DNA from: an uncultured Bacteroidales bacterium
Lineage (GTDB): Bacteria > Bacteroidota > Bacteroidia > Bacteroidales > F082
NCBI GenBank assembly: GCA_946405575.1
Contig: CAMJHP010000005.1
Span: forward strand, 20,908 to 84,907
Direction: 5' to 3'
DNA length: 64,000 bases
The notes beneath the pieces are model-generated. The model was not told the origin of the DNA and did not search any database. It saw only the letters and a list, made by a program, of their open reading frames with translations. Positions 32,789 to 42,552 of the stretch are shown in pieces (the first letter of the stretch is position 1; every line of letters begins with the position of its first letter). Both the position numbers and the translations under genes were made by a program.

Positions 32789-35785
32789 ATGAAAAGCAAT
32801 AAAAGAAAAAAAAATGGGAAATTATTATGTTGGATCAGCATAGCCTTCTGGTTATTGCTCGCTTCTTTTTTCTATCTCATTTTGGATGAAAACTTGGTAC
32901 AGCATAATATTCAGAAATCAGTATCCAAGATGGATAACGAATTGCAAATGTTAATCGAAGAAGGCCTCAATCACGAAAAACTAGAAAAAACAGAAACAGG
33001 ACTGATGGTATTTATGAATGATACTTTAGTACTTTGGAACCGTAATGACATTAATCCAAAACTGTTGAAAAGAAAAGTTAGAATCGGGCACGATACCATC
33101 TGCACAATGCTTTCCGGCGACTATTATATAAAATCTTATGAAAGACAAGACAAGACCTATTATGTGTATAGGCTAGTCAACACAAACTATCAATTTGAAA
33201 ACCGATATTTTGAAAACCGAATTCAAACCCTCCCAATATTTATAGATGTGAACGTCGATTTTTCAGATAATGAAAATGGGACAAAGCTAATCAACAATGA
33301 AGAAAAAGTTCTGGCATACTGTCAATTCACAGACAGACCAAAATTCAAAAAGCAATTTAAATATTTATGGCATATACCGTTTATGACAATGGTCATCGTT
33401 GGAATATGCATAGCATATGGAAAAGGACCAGAGACGACAAAACGAAAAAAAAGCAAATCACGAACCATTGAAATAGGTATGGTAATTATCATATTGGTAT
33501 CTATCATTGGAACATATATTTACTATAGATATACCGAAAATCGAGAAAATGAACAGATGCAAGAGCAGGCACAAAACCTGTTGGAAAAACGTGATGATGC
33601 ATTCGAAAACAGCTATGCCCGATTTGCTGAACAAATCAAAACCGATACTAACATTCGCGAAATGATATTTTCGGAAAGCAACGTCTTATCCGAAGTTGTA
33701 TTAGGGTACTCAAAAGATTTGCTATACGATGAAATTATGCAATCCTACATTACGACACTTACAATTTGCACACCAGAAGAAGAAATCACCATACAACCAG
33801 AAGGTTTTGTCACTAATTGTGACGAATATTTTCTAGAAAAGTTGGCCAACAACAAACAGAAAAGGGTAGGAGATGGTCTTTATTTTATGGACTATTACAC
33901 ATTGGATCCCAACTATTTAGGTAAAATCAAGATAGTTTCCAAAGACTCTTTACAACAAAAGAACCTCTATTTTGAGTTTTATAAACCTATCGCACCAGAA
34001 GGTTTCGGTTTTCCACAACTATTGCAAGAATCCAATACACAAAAACCATACGACTATTCAGTGGCTAATTACCGCGATAACCTACTCGTTTACAAATACG
34101 GTCGTTATGTATACCCCAATTTTTTAAATAACCTGAAACTCAAAGACCATACATTTACTTTCAGCAGGCATTTTAAACATTATGCAATCATCAATAGTGA
34201 ATACAACGCCATTGTCATCAGTACACCAACAAAGGCATTTTCTGAAATCACAGCACCTTTTGCAATATTCTTTTTGGGGTTAACAATACCATTTTTACTG
34301 ATTATTTGGTTGATAATACCTAAAGAACACACAAAATGGCGTGATAGAAGCCTTCGCAGAAGACTTCAGAGTGTTATATTCACGACACTTGGCATCTCAT
34401 TCCTAATCGTAGGTCCAGTGTCGGTTTTCTATATGCAAACCTTATACAACCAAAAAACCACGGCATCTCAATTCGAAACCACAAGAACTCTTTCCATAGA
34501 AATGCGTAATGATCTTGACTTCAACAATTTGATAAGAACTGCATCAAAAGCCTCTTGGACGGAGATATTACAGCACTACGCCACAACTTTCTTTACAGAT
34601 TTAAATCTTTACAAACTCAATGGGCAACTACTGGCAACCACACGACCTGAAATCATCGAATTGAATCTACAAGCTCCTCTAATGAATGCAGAGGCCTACC
34701 AACAAATGCAACGCAACAAGGCCTTATTCTTCACCCATAAAGAGCAGCTCGGCAAAGGCAAATACGAATCCTCTTACATCCCAATAACTGATGAAAATGG
34801 CAATACTCTAGCCTATCTTAACACACCCTACTTTTCGAGTGCCACCGATTTGCAAAAAGAAATCAAGGATTTCGTGCTCACCTATATAAACATCATCCTT
34901 GTCCTATTAAGCATCGCGCTAATATTCATCCTTCAACTCACCAAACGCTTGACAGAGCCTTTATCACTGATTCAGAACAAATTAGGTGACATTAAAATCG
35001 ACCAAAAGAATGAGCCTATCGAATGGAAAAGAGACGATGAAATTGGGGCATTGGTCAAGCAATATAACCAACTCATTGTGGAATTGGAAAAAAGTGCCGC
35101 CGAATTGAAACGTACCACTACCGAATCGGCTTGGCGAGGTGTGGCAAGACAAGTGGCACACGAAATCAAGAACTCGCTCACACCTATGAGGCTCAGCGTT
35201 CAACTACTACAACGTAACGTTGAGAACGGCAAGGCCAGTCCAGAACAAATTCAACGAACCACCAACACTCTCATTGAGCAAATTGATGCCCTATCAGACA
35301 TTGCCTCTTCTTTCTCGCGTTATGCCAAACTGCCAGAAAACCATCCGCAACCTCTAGACCTAGCTGAACTGATTGGCAACATTGTGAACCTCTACGACAA
35401 TGCAGAAAACATTGAATTCCATTACGATTTCAACAAAGCCATAGACCATACCTACAGCGGCGACAAAACCAACCTTAACAGTGCCGTAAGCAATCTGGTC
35501 AAAAATGCAGTTCAAGCTATCGGTACAAAGCCAAAAGGTTGTATCAATGTCACATTGAAATCAACAGAGGTACAGTATATTATAAGCGTGAAAGACAATG
35601 GCAAAGGCATCAAAGAGGAAGACAAAGACCATATTTTCTTGCCCAACTTCACCACTAAATCGGGTGGCTCAGGTGTGGGCCTTTCCTTGACCTACAACAT
35701 TGTGCAGGCCGCTGGCGGAACGATTTCTTTTGAGAGTCAAGAAAATGTTGGGACTGAGTTTGTTATCGAATTGCCGAAAAGTTGA
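32789..35785 (+). CDS. large multi-pass sensor histidine kinase (no receiver domain, no adjacent response regulator)
   Basis: HAMP-like segment, the H-box HEIKNSLTPM, and N/G boxes (NLVKNAVQA, DNGKGI, GGSGVGL). Confidence 0.85.
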   Translation: MKSNKRKKNGKLLCWISIAFWLLLASFFYLILDENLVQHNIQKSVSKMDNELQMLIEEGLNHEKLEKTETGLMVFMNDTLVLWNRNDINPKLLKRKVRIGHDTICTMLSGDYYIKSYERQDKTYYVYRLVNTNYQFENRYFENRIQTLPIFIDVNVDFSDNENGTKLINNEEKVLAYCQFTDRPKFKKQFKYLWHIPFMTMVIVGICIAYGKGPETTKRKKSKSRTIEIGMVIIILVSIIGTYIYYRYTENRENEQMQEQAQNLLEKRDDAFENSYARFAEQIKTDTNIREMIFSESNVLSEVVLGYSKDLLYDEIMQSYITTLTICTPEEEITIQPEGFVTNCDEYFLEKLANNKQKRVGDGLYFMDYYTLDPNYLGKIKIVSKDSLQQKNLYFEFYKPIAPEGFGFPQLLQESNTQKPYDYSVANYRDNLLVYKYGRYVYPNFLNNLKLKDHTFTFSRHFKHYAIINSEYNAIVISTPTKAFSEITAPFAIFFLGLTIPFLLIIWLIIPKEHTKWRDRSLRRRLQSVIFTTLGISFLIVGPVSVFYMQTLYNQKTTASQFETTRTLSIEMRNDLDFNNLIRTASKASWTEILQHYATTFFTDLNLYKLNGQLLATTRPEIIELNLQAPLMNAEAYQQMQRNKALFFTHKEQLGKGKYESSYIPITDENGNTLAYLNTPYFSSATDLQKEIKDFVLTYINIILVLLSIALIFILQLTKRLTEPLSLIQNKLGDIKIDQKNEPIEWKRDDEIGALVKQYNQLIVELEKSAAELKRTTTESAWRGVARQVAHEIKNSLTPMRLSVQLLQRNVENGKASPEQIQRTTNTLIEQIDALSDIASSFSRYAKLPENHPQPLDLAELIGNIVNLYDNAENIEFHYDFNKAIDHTYSGDKTNLNSAVSNLVKNAVQAIGTKPKGCINVTLKSTEVQYIISVKDNGKGIKEEDKDHIFLPNFTTKSGGSGVGLSLTYNIVQAAGGTISFESQENVGTEFVIELPKS

Positions 35786-35950
35786 TGAAATAGACATAAT
35801 AACTTACATATTTAGACAAAGACTTGTGACAACGCCTTTGACCGTTCCATTCGAAGTGAAAACGGTAGTCAATGGTATTAGTGAATAAAGTTTCGAAGTC
35901 AATATATAGACGTAGTTTTATTTTGAACAGTTACTTACAACAAAAACACC

Positions 35951-35958
35951 TATTTTTG
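35951..35958 (+). promoter_or_regulatory. -7 box TATTTTTG for the flippase gene
   Basis: Exact match, 25 nt before the ATG at 35984. Confidence 0.5.
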
Positions 35959-35983
35959 CGTTTCGGAAAAACAAACACGACTT

Positions 35984-37486
35984 ATGGCAGATAACAAATT
36001 AGGATCCTTGGCAAAGCAAACCGCCATTTATGGCCTCAGTAGCATCGTCGGCAGGTTTTTGAATTACCTGCTCGTGCCCATACACACCCATAGGATGGCA
36101 GCAGAATCGGGAGGGTATGGCATTGTGACCAACCTATATGCCTATACAGCCTTACTTCTCGTCATCCTGACTTTTGGGATGGAGACCACCTTTTTCCGTT
36201 TCTCCAACAAAGAAGGCGTCAACCCCAACAAAGCTTTCTCCACGGCTGGACTCTCTGTCGGCTTCGTCTCCCTGATTTTTCTATTACTGGTGTCCATTTT
36301 CCTGCAACCTATCTCCAATGCCTTAGATTATGCAGCACATCCTGAATTCGTGGAAATCATGGCCATCATCGTGGCATTTGATGCTTTCCAAGCCATTCTG
36401 TTTGCTAGACTGCGTTATGAAAACCATCCTGTTAAATTCATGGTGCTGAAACTTTCTTTCATCATTATGAGTTTGTTACTCAACCTATTTATCTTCTATC
36501 TTGCACCCTATTTGAAAGCGCATTTCCCTGCCATGATGGAATGGTACCAACCCAGCTACCAGGTAGGTTATATCTTCATCGCCAATCTGATTTGCACTGC
36601 GCTGGTCACCTTCGGATTCATTCCTGAGATCAAGAAGTTGAAATCCGGAATTGACTTTCCGCTATTGAAGCAGATGCTGAACTATACCTGGCCCATCCTG
36701 CTTTTGGGTTTGGCAGGTATCCTCAATCAAGTGGCCGACAAGATTGTTTTCAAGAAAATTGTTCCTGGTCTGGAGGGAGAAGAACAGCTCGGCATCTATG
36801 GTGCTTGTGTCAAGATAGCGATGATTATGGCAATGATCACTCAAGCCTTCCGCTATGCTTATGAGCCTTTTGTCTTCGGCGGTCAACACGACAAGAACGA
36901 CAAGCTGCTTCAAGCTAAGGTGATGAAATATTTCATTATCTTTACTTTACTGGCTTTCCTCGCTGTGGTGATGTATATGCCTATATTGAAATATCTTGTC
37001 GGAGAAGACTACCATGCTGGTCTACGCGTGGTGCCCATCGTGATGATGGCCGAAATTTTTATGGGTATTTATTTCAACCTCTCGTTCTGGTACAAGCTTA
37101 TTGATGAAACCTGGTGGGGTGCCATATTCTCTGCCATCGGCTGCATTGTATTACTGGCCATTAACTTCATCTTCGTGCCCAAATATGGTTATATGGCCTG
37201 TGCTTGGGGTGGTTTTGCGGGCTACGGTGTTTGCATGATACTTTCTTATTTCGTCGGACAGAAGAAAGCTCCTATTCCTTATGATTTGAAGTCGGCATTC
37301 ATCTATTTTGCCATAGCTGTCGCCCTGTTTTTTGCCCAAAAAAACATCCGTATTGAAAGTACCATTTGGACTTTGGTCGTCAACACGGGACTGTTGCTGG
37401 TTTTTTTCGCCTTCATCTGTTGGATGGAGAAAGACCTAGTGAAAAGCGTCGTCTCTTTCGCCAAAAGAAAAATCTCCAAATCCTGA
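35984..37486 (+). CDS. MOP-superfamily oligosaccharide/polysaccharide flippase (Wzx/MurJ-like)
   Basis: 500 aa with about 14 TM helices and an N-terminus typical of Bacteroidales flippase-family proteins. Confidence 0.75.
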   Translation: MADNKLGSLAKQTAIYGLSSIVGRFLNYLLVPIHTHRMAAESGGYGIVTNLYAYTALLLVILTFGMETTFFRFSNKEGVNPNKAFSTAGLSVGFVSLIFLLLVSIFLQPISNALDYAAHPEFVEIMAIIVAFDAFQAILFARLRYENHPVKFMVLKLSFIIMSLLLNLFIFYLAPYLKAHFPAMMEWYQPSYQVGYIFIANLICTALVTFGFIPEIKKLKSGIDFPLLKQMLNYTWPILLLGLAGILNQVADKIVFKKIVPGLEGEEQLGIYGACVKIAMIMAMITQAFRYAYEPFVFGGQHDKNDKLLQAKVMKYFIIFTLLAFLAVVMYMPILKYLVGEDYHAGLRVVPIVMMAEIFMGIYFNLSFWYKLIDETWWGAIFSAIGCIVLLAINFIFVPKYGYMACAWGGFAGYGVCMILSYFVGQKKAPIPYDLKSAFIYFAIAVALFFAQKNIRIESTIWTLVVNTGLLLVFFAFICWMEKDLVKSVVSFAKRKISKS

Positions 37487-37510
37487 ATCTTTAAATCTTG
37501 TATCTCAAAT

Positions 37511-37948
37511 ATGAAACTCAACATCGTCAACACCTCAAATAATCCCTTACCTGCTTACGAGACCAAAAACTCTGCTGGTATGGACCTCCGTGCCTATCTG
37601 CCCGACGGCCCAATCACCCTCAATCCTATGCAACGTTGCCTCGTACCCACAGGTCTATATATGGAAATCCCTATAGGCTATGAAGGACAAGTGCGTCCTC
37701 GCAGTGGTCTGGCACTCAAGAGCGGCATCACCGTACTGAATTCGCCTGGCACCATTGACTCCGACTATCGTGGTCAAATCTGTGTCATCCTCATCAATCT
37801 CTCCAATATGTCTTTCGTTATTAATAGCGGTGACCGCATCGCGCAAATGGTCATCACCAAATGCGAACAAGCTGAAATCGTGCAAGTAAGTATTCTTTCC
37901 GAGACTGAGCGTGGTGCAGGTGGCTTTGGACATACGGGTAAAAACTAA
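37511..37948 (+). CDS. dut: dUTP diphosphatase
   Basis: Motifs [25 protein letters not shown] and [11 protein letters not shown]. Confidence 0.95.
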   Translation: MKLNIVNTSNNPLPAYETKNSAGMDLRAYLPDGPITLNPMQRCLVPTGLYMEIPIGYEGQVRPRSGLALKSGITVLNSPGTIDSDYRGQICVILINLSNMSFVINSGDRIAQMVITKCEQAEIVQVSILSETERGAGGFGHTGKN

Positions 37949-38032
37949 AAATTCATCCATTTTTTATCTCAAATCCCAAAAGTACTTCATTAATAATCTC
38001 TAATTCTTAATAAAGAAACATATTGAAATTCA

Positions 38033-39652
38033 ATGAATAAACTAAAAACAATACTCGTTACTATCCTGATTTGTTGCTTTTGCTTCAATGGCATCGCACA
38101 GCAAGTTGAATCAGAATCCAACGGTAAGCCTGACAAGAAAAAAAATGCCACCTACTTCTCAAATGGCTTGCAGAGCAAATACCGCGAAGACAATGAAGGT
38201 GCCATTCGCAACTTTGAGCAAGCCCTTCGCTATATGCCCAACGATGATGCCAGTATGTTTGAATTGAGCGAGCAATACTATAATGCTGGCCGTATGGAGG
38301 ATGCCTTCCGAATGATCCAACAAGCCGCCAATCTTGACCCTGAAAACAAGTGGTATCTTATGCGTTTAGGCTTGTTTTACAGAAATTTGGATCAATATGA
38401 AGATTATATCAGTCTCTATGAAAACCTGACCAAAAAATATCCCGATGACCCCGAAATGCTCAGCGACTTGATTGATGCTTATCTTATCACCGAAAAATAC
38501 GACAAAGCCTTAGTTAAGATGGACTTGTTGGAAAAACAAATCGGACAGAATGAATTGATTACCGAGCAGCGCCTCAACATACTCAAACATCAGGGCAACG
38601 ATAAAAAACTTATGGTTGAGTTAGAGAAACTCACCAAAGAGAATCCCGAAAATCCTCGTTATTTTCGTATGCTGGCTCAAGTCTACTCCGACAATGGCAA
38701 AGAAAAGGAAGCCTTGAAAACCTATGAGAAAATCAAGGAACTCAATCCAAATGACCCTTATATTAATATTTCGTTGCTCGAGTTTTACGAGAAAAACGGT
38801 GATAAGGAAAAGGCTTTCAACGAGTTAATCGCTGCTATCCGCAACAAAAACCTCGACCTTACTACCAAAGCCAACACTTACGATTATTGGATGAATAAAA
38901 ACCAAGGTGCGGCCAACATCAATGAGCAAGCGCGGCAATGTGGCGAGGCCTTCATTGAAACCCACCCCGACAACAAATTAGGCTACCTCATATTAGGATC
39001 GTATTATATCGTTAATGAAGACGCCGTGAAGTCAAAAGAACTGTATCAGAAGGTGTTGTCCAATGATAGTACCGACTTCTATGGATGGCAAAACCTCATC
39101 ATCAGCGAATCGCGACTCAACGAGAATGAGGCGGTGCGCAACCATGCCGTTGCAGCTTTAAAATACTATCCTATGCAGCCAGTGTTTTATTGGTATGCAG
39201 GTGTGGCAAGTGCCGTGCTGAAAAACAACGAGGATGCCATCATCTATTTGGAAAAAGGAAGGAAATACACCACTGATTTGATACAAACGGCCAATTTTGA
39301 TGCTTTCTTGGGCGACATTTATCACGAAGAAGGTGACGAAGAAAAAGCATTTGATGCCTACGAGCGCACCTTGCGCAATGATCCTGATAATGTTTTGGTG
39401 CTAAACAATTACGCCTATTACCTCGCGGTGAAAGGCCAGAATTTAGACAAAGCTTTGGAGATGTCGACAAAAGCCATTACTATAGAACCCAACAATCCAA
39501 CTTATTTGGACACCTATGCTTGGGTGCTCTACAAGAAAGGTGATTACAAGGAAGCCGAAAAACATATGAAAAAGGCCCTGAAACTATTGAAAGAGCCCGA
39601 CCCAACATATCAAGAGCATTATAAAGCCATTCTACTCAAAATGAACAAATGA
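38033..39652 (+). CDS. secreted tetratricopeptide-repeat protein
   Basis: Signal peptide followed by many TPR-like units. Confidence 0.75.
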   Translation: MNKLKTILVTILICCFCFNGIAQQVESESNGKPDKKKNATYFSNGLQSKYREDNEGAIRNFEQALRYMPNDDASMFELSEQYYNAGRMEDAFRMIQQAANLDPENKWYLMRLGLFYRNLDQYEDYISLYENLTKKYPDDPEMLSDLIDAYLITEKYDKALVKMDLLEKQIGQNELITEQRLNILKHQGNDKKLMVELEKLTKENPENPRYFRMLAQVYSDNGKEKEALKTYEKIKELNPNDPYINISLLEFYEKNGDKEKAFNELIAAIRNKNLDLTTKANTYDYWMNKNQGAANINEQARQCGEAFIETHPDNKLGYLILGSYYIVNEDAVKSKELYQKVLSNDSTDFYGWQNLIISESRLNENEAVRNHAVAALKYYPMQPVFYWYAGVASAVLKNNEDAIIYLEKGRKYTTDLIQTANFDAFLGDIYHEEGDEEKAFDAYERTLRNDPDNVLVLNNYAYYLAVKGQNLDKALEMSTKAITIEPNNPTYLDTYAWVLYKKGDYKEAEKHMKKALKLLKEPDPTYQEHYKAILLKMNK

Positions 39653-40197
39653 TGAGGATCCGATTTGGCATAGTGTTTTTTGGGGTCTTATTATTGGTTT
39701 CTTCCTGCGCCTCACGCAAGAAAGCAATGCAAACCACTCAATCTCAACCCTTCGAATGGATGACCTCCAACTTAAGCATTCAAGCCGAAGGCAACGGTAT
39801 GTCATACGATAATCTATCGGGGCAAATCAGAATGAGGAAAGATAGTTTAGTTTGGCTCAGTGTGACTTCAACAATGGGCGTAGAAGCACTACGTGCCAAA
39901 ATCAGCAACGATTCGGTTTGGATTCTCAATCGTTTGGAAAAAACTTATTTGGCTGAACCATTGGACTCTATCTCCACCCGGTTAGGTGTACCTTGCAGTC
40001 TGCCTTGGGTACAAACTTTTCTATTAGACAATAACGAAGGACTTTCTCCCGTTGAAAATCAGACAGTCCAATTGAAAACATTCTTTATAGGGAATCTCTC
40101 TGCCAAAATAAGATATTACAACATCAAACTCAACGAAACTACGACTTTCCCGTTGAAGATTACTGACAAGATGGAACGCATTCATTTACCTAGGTAG
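39649..40197 (+). CDS. DUF4292-like (LolB-fold) lipoprotein
   Basis: Lipobox LLVSSC and a 4-nt overlap with the TPR gene. The TPR / DUF4292 / M23 gene order is conserved (family recalled from memory). Confidence 0.6.
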   Translation: MMRIRFGIVFFGVLLLVSSCASRKKAMQTTQSQPFEWMTSNLSIQAEGNGMSYDNLSGQIRMRKDSLVWLSVTSTMGVEALRAKISNDSVWILNRLEKTYLAEPLDSISTRLGVPCSLPWVQTFLLDNNEGLSPVENQTVQLKTFFIGNLSAKIRYYNIKLNETTTFPLKITDKMERIHLPR

Positions 40198-40199
40198 CC

Positions 40200-41570
40200 A
40201 TGAAGAAGCTAAAAATCATATTATTTGACATAGGAATTAGAGACTTCGGAGTTTCAGGATGTTCCGTAGTTTCACAGTCTCGCAGTTTTGCAGTAATTTT
40301 AGCTGTCGTTAGTTTTCTCATACTCATATTAGTTTCCACTCCAGCATACTGCCAAAAGACAAAAGGCAAATCGAAGAAACAGTTACAAAACGAAATCAAT
40401 TCGCTGCAAAAAGAGATTTCGACTGCCAACCAACTATTGAAGAAGACCAAAAAGGACAAAGAAATGACCCTTAACGAGGTCTCCATTTTAGACAATAAAA
40501 TCAAGCAGCGCGAACAGCTCATCACGACATACAATGAGCAAATTGCCCTTCTTGATGAAGAAATCACCTCTGGACAAAAGAACATCAAGACCCTCAACTC
40601 CGACCTCAGCAAACTGCAAAAAGAATATGCAAAAATGATTGTCTTTGCGAATAAAAACCGCAGTCACTACGATAGACTCGGTTTCATTTTCGCTTCCAAA
40701 GATTTCAATCAAGCTTTTAGACGTTTGCGCTATATCCGTGAGTTCAGCGATACCCGCAAAACCAAGATGAATCAAATTGCCTCAATTGAAAGACAAATCA
40801 GTAGCGAGGTAGAAGCTAGCCAACAAGCTCGTGAGGAACAAGCCGCCTTGCTGAAAGACGAAAAAACACAACAGGAAGCATTACAAAAAGAAAAGAAAGA
40901 CCTCAACGGACAAGTGGCCAAACTCAAGAAAAAGGAAGGCAGCATCCAACAAGACATCAAGAACAAACAGCAACAAGCCAAAAAACTGCAAAAAGCCATC
41001 GATGATATCATTGCTGAAGAGATTAGAAAGGCTAACGCAGAAGCAGAAAGAAAACGCAAAGAAGAAGCAAAGAAGAATGCTGGCAAAGGCAAGACCTCCA
41101 CAACAACAACACCCAAGGAAAAAGGTATGGCCTTGACTCCAGCAGAGAAAACACTATCAACCAACTTTGTCAACAACAAGGGCAGATTGCCTTGGCCTGT
41201 GGAACGTGGTGTGATTTCATCGTCATATGGCAAACACACATCGGTAGTTTCCGATAAAGTCACCGTGACCAACAACGGTATTGACATTGCAACAACCGAA
41301 AACGCCCAAGCCCGTGCTGTTTTTGAAGGTGAAGTGGCTAGTGTCACCAAACTTACTGGAGCCAATACGGTAGTCATCATCCGCCATGGAGAGTATTTCA
41401 CTGTGTATTCCAACCTTGAAAATGTCACAGTAAAACGTGGAGACAAGGTTAAAACCAAGCAAAACTTAGGAATGGTTCATACCAGCAAGACTGAAAACAA
41501 GACCGAATTACACTTTGAACTATTGAAAGAAACAGCAAGACAAAACCCTGCAAATTGGTTATCAAAATGA
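40200..41570 (+). CDS. EnvC-like coiled-coil protein with a degenerate LytM (M23) domain
   Basis: Long coiled coil followed by an M23-like C-terminus. The zinc-ligand motifs read NNGIDI (canonical HxGxD) and ELHFE (canonical HLHFE), so it is probably an activator rather than a hydrolase. Confidence 0.8.
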   Translation: MKKLKIILFDIGIRDFGVSGCSVVSQSRSFAVILAVVSFLILILVSTPAYCQKTKGKSKKQLQNEINSLQKEISTANQLLKKTKKDKEMTLNEVSILDNKIKQREQLITTYNEQIALLDEEITSGQKNIKTLNSDLSKLQKEYAKMIVFANKNRSHYDRLGFIFASKDFNQAFRRLRYIREFSDTRKTKMNQIASIERQISSEVEASQQAREEQAALLKDEKTQQEALQKEKKDLNGQVAKLKKKEGSIQQDIKNKQQQAKKLQKAIDDIIAEEIRKANAEAERKRKEEAKKNAGKGKTSTTTTPKEKGMALTPAEKTLSTNFVNNKGRLPWPVERGVISSSYGKHTSVVSDKVTVTNNGIDIATTENAQARAVFEGEVASVTKLTGANTVVIIRHGEYFTVYSNLENVTVKRGDKVKTKQNLGMVHTSKTENKTELHFELLKETARQNPANWLSK

Positions 41571-41833
41571 AAATTACCATTAAAAGAGTGTGTTTTGAAT
41601 TTCCTCTGCCTCAATTAATAAGAGGAACCAAATTGTCCACTGATAGGAGACAAAAGGAAGTAAAGCACATTTTTTTCCTTGCATTAAGCCTTATTCTCCT
41701 CTTGTCCTCCTGCAAGACCAAGGAAGTGCCAGGCCGACGTCGCACTCCACGACACTGCAACACCTGCACCAAATGGAGCTATCTGCCACAAGAAACCATA
41801 GAATACGAACTTTTACACAACGATGAAAGCTGA
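41567..41833 (+). CDS. possible small protein (88 aa) with an internal lipobox-like segment
   Basis: ATGA overlap with the upstream stop and an 11-nt overlap with the SprT-like start. FFLALSLILLLSSC appears only at about residue 35-48, so the start and even the reality of the ORF are uncertain. Confidence 0.3.
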   Translation: MKITIKRVCFEFPLPQLIRGTKLSTDRRQKEVKHIFFLALSLILLLSSCKTKEVPGRRRTPRHCNTCTKWSYLPQETIEYELLHNDES

Positions 41834-42440
41834 AGAACTCGAATTGCTGAAACGTTATTTTCCCGCAGCATCGGTGAACATAGTGGGTGAAATGTTTGAA
41901 CAACGAAAGTTTAAGTTGCATTTCAAAAGGCCTCGCACTTCCAAACTTGGTGATTTTCGTCCGCCACGAACCAACAACGGTATTTGTGCCATCACCCTGA
42001 ATCTGGACTTGAACCCTTACCAAATGCTCATCACCTATGTTCATGAAGTGGCGCATTACGATGTGTATCAAAAATATGGCTCAAGAAGTGTACAACCTCA
42101 CGGCACGGAATGGCAAAACCAATTCACCACGCTTTTGTTGCCTTTTATGACCGAAATCATTTTTCCAAAAGACGTTCTCGCTGCCCTTCAAAAACATTTG
42201 CAACACATCAAAGCCAGCAGCACGGCTGACCAAAACCTGCAACGCGTATTGCACAAATACAATAAAAACCAGACCTCCATCGTCACCTTAGAAAATCTTC
42301 CCAATAGCACTAGGTTTATGCTGAAAAACGGCCTCGTATTCCAAAAAGGAGAAAAGCAGCGTACACGCTATAAATGTTATTGCGAAACCAACGGTCGTTG
42401 GTATTTTGTGGCGGCTTTGGCCGAAGTTCAAGTGATATAA
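41823..42440 (+). CDS. SprT-like zinc-metalloprotease-domain protein
   Basis: HEVAHY (HExxH) motif in a SprT-like context. Confidence 0.7.
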   Translation: MKAEELELLKRYFPAASVNIVGEMFEQRKFKLHFKRPRTSKLGDFRPPRTNNGICAITLNLDLNPYQMLITYVHEVAHYDVYQKYGSRSVQPHGTEWQNQFTTLLLPFMTEIIFPKDVLAALQKHLQHIKASSTADQNLQRVLHKYNKNQTSIVTLENLPNSTRFMLKNGLVFQKGEKQRTRYKCYCETNGRWYFVAALAEVQVI

Positions 42441-42525
42441 TCTTCCTTATAGGACAACTCGAATTGTTTAATGATTCAACAAATAAACAATTCACTATGT
42501 CGAATCATAAATTTCAACAATTCAC

Positions 42526-42533
42526 TATCTTTG
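42526..42533 (+). promoter_or_regulatory. -7 box TATCTTTG for the 42553 operon
   Basis: Exact match, 19 nt before the ATG. It overlaps the second copy of a 13-bp direct repeat. Confidence 0.5.
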
Positions 42534-42552
42534 CAGCCAAATCAACAATTGA

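Noticed and set aside
40772-41458. A 228-aa minus-strand ORF.
   Set aside because: It is antisense to the coiled-coil/M23 gene, and its Ser/Cys/Leu-rich composition mirrors K/E/Q codons.
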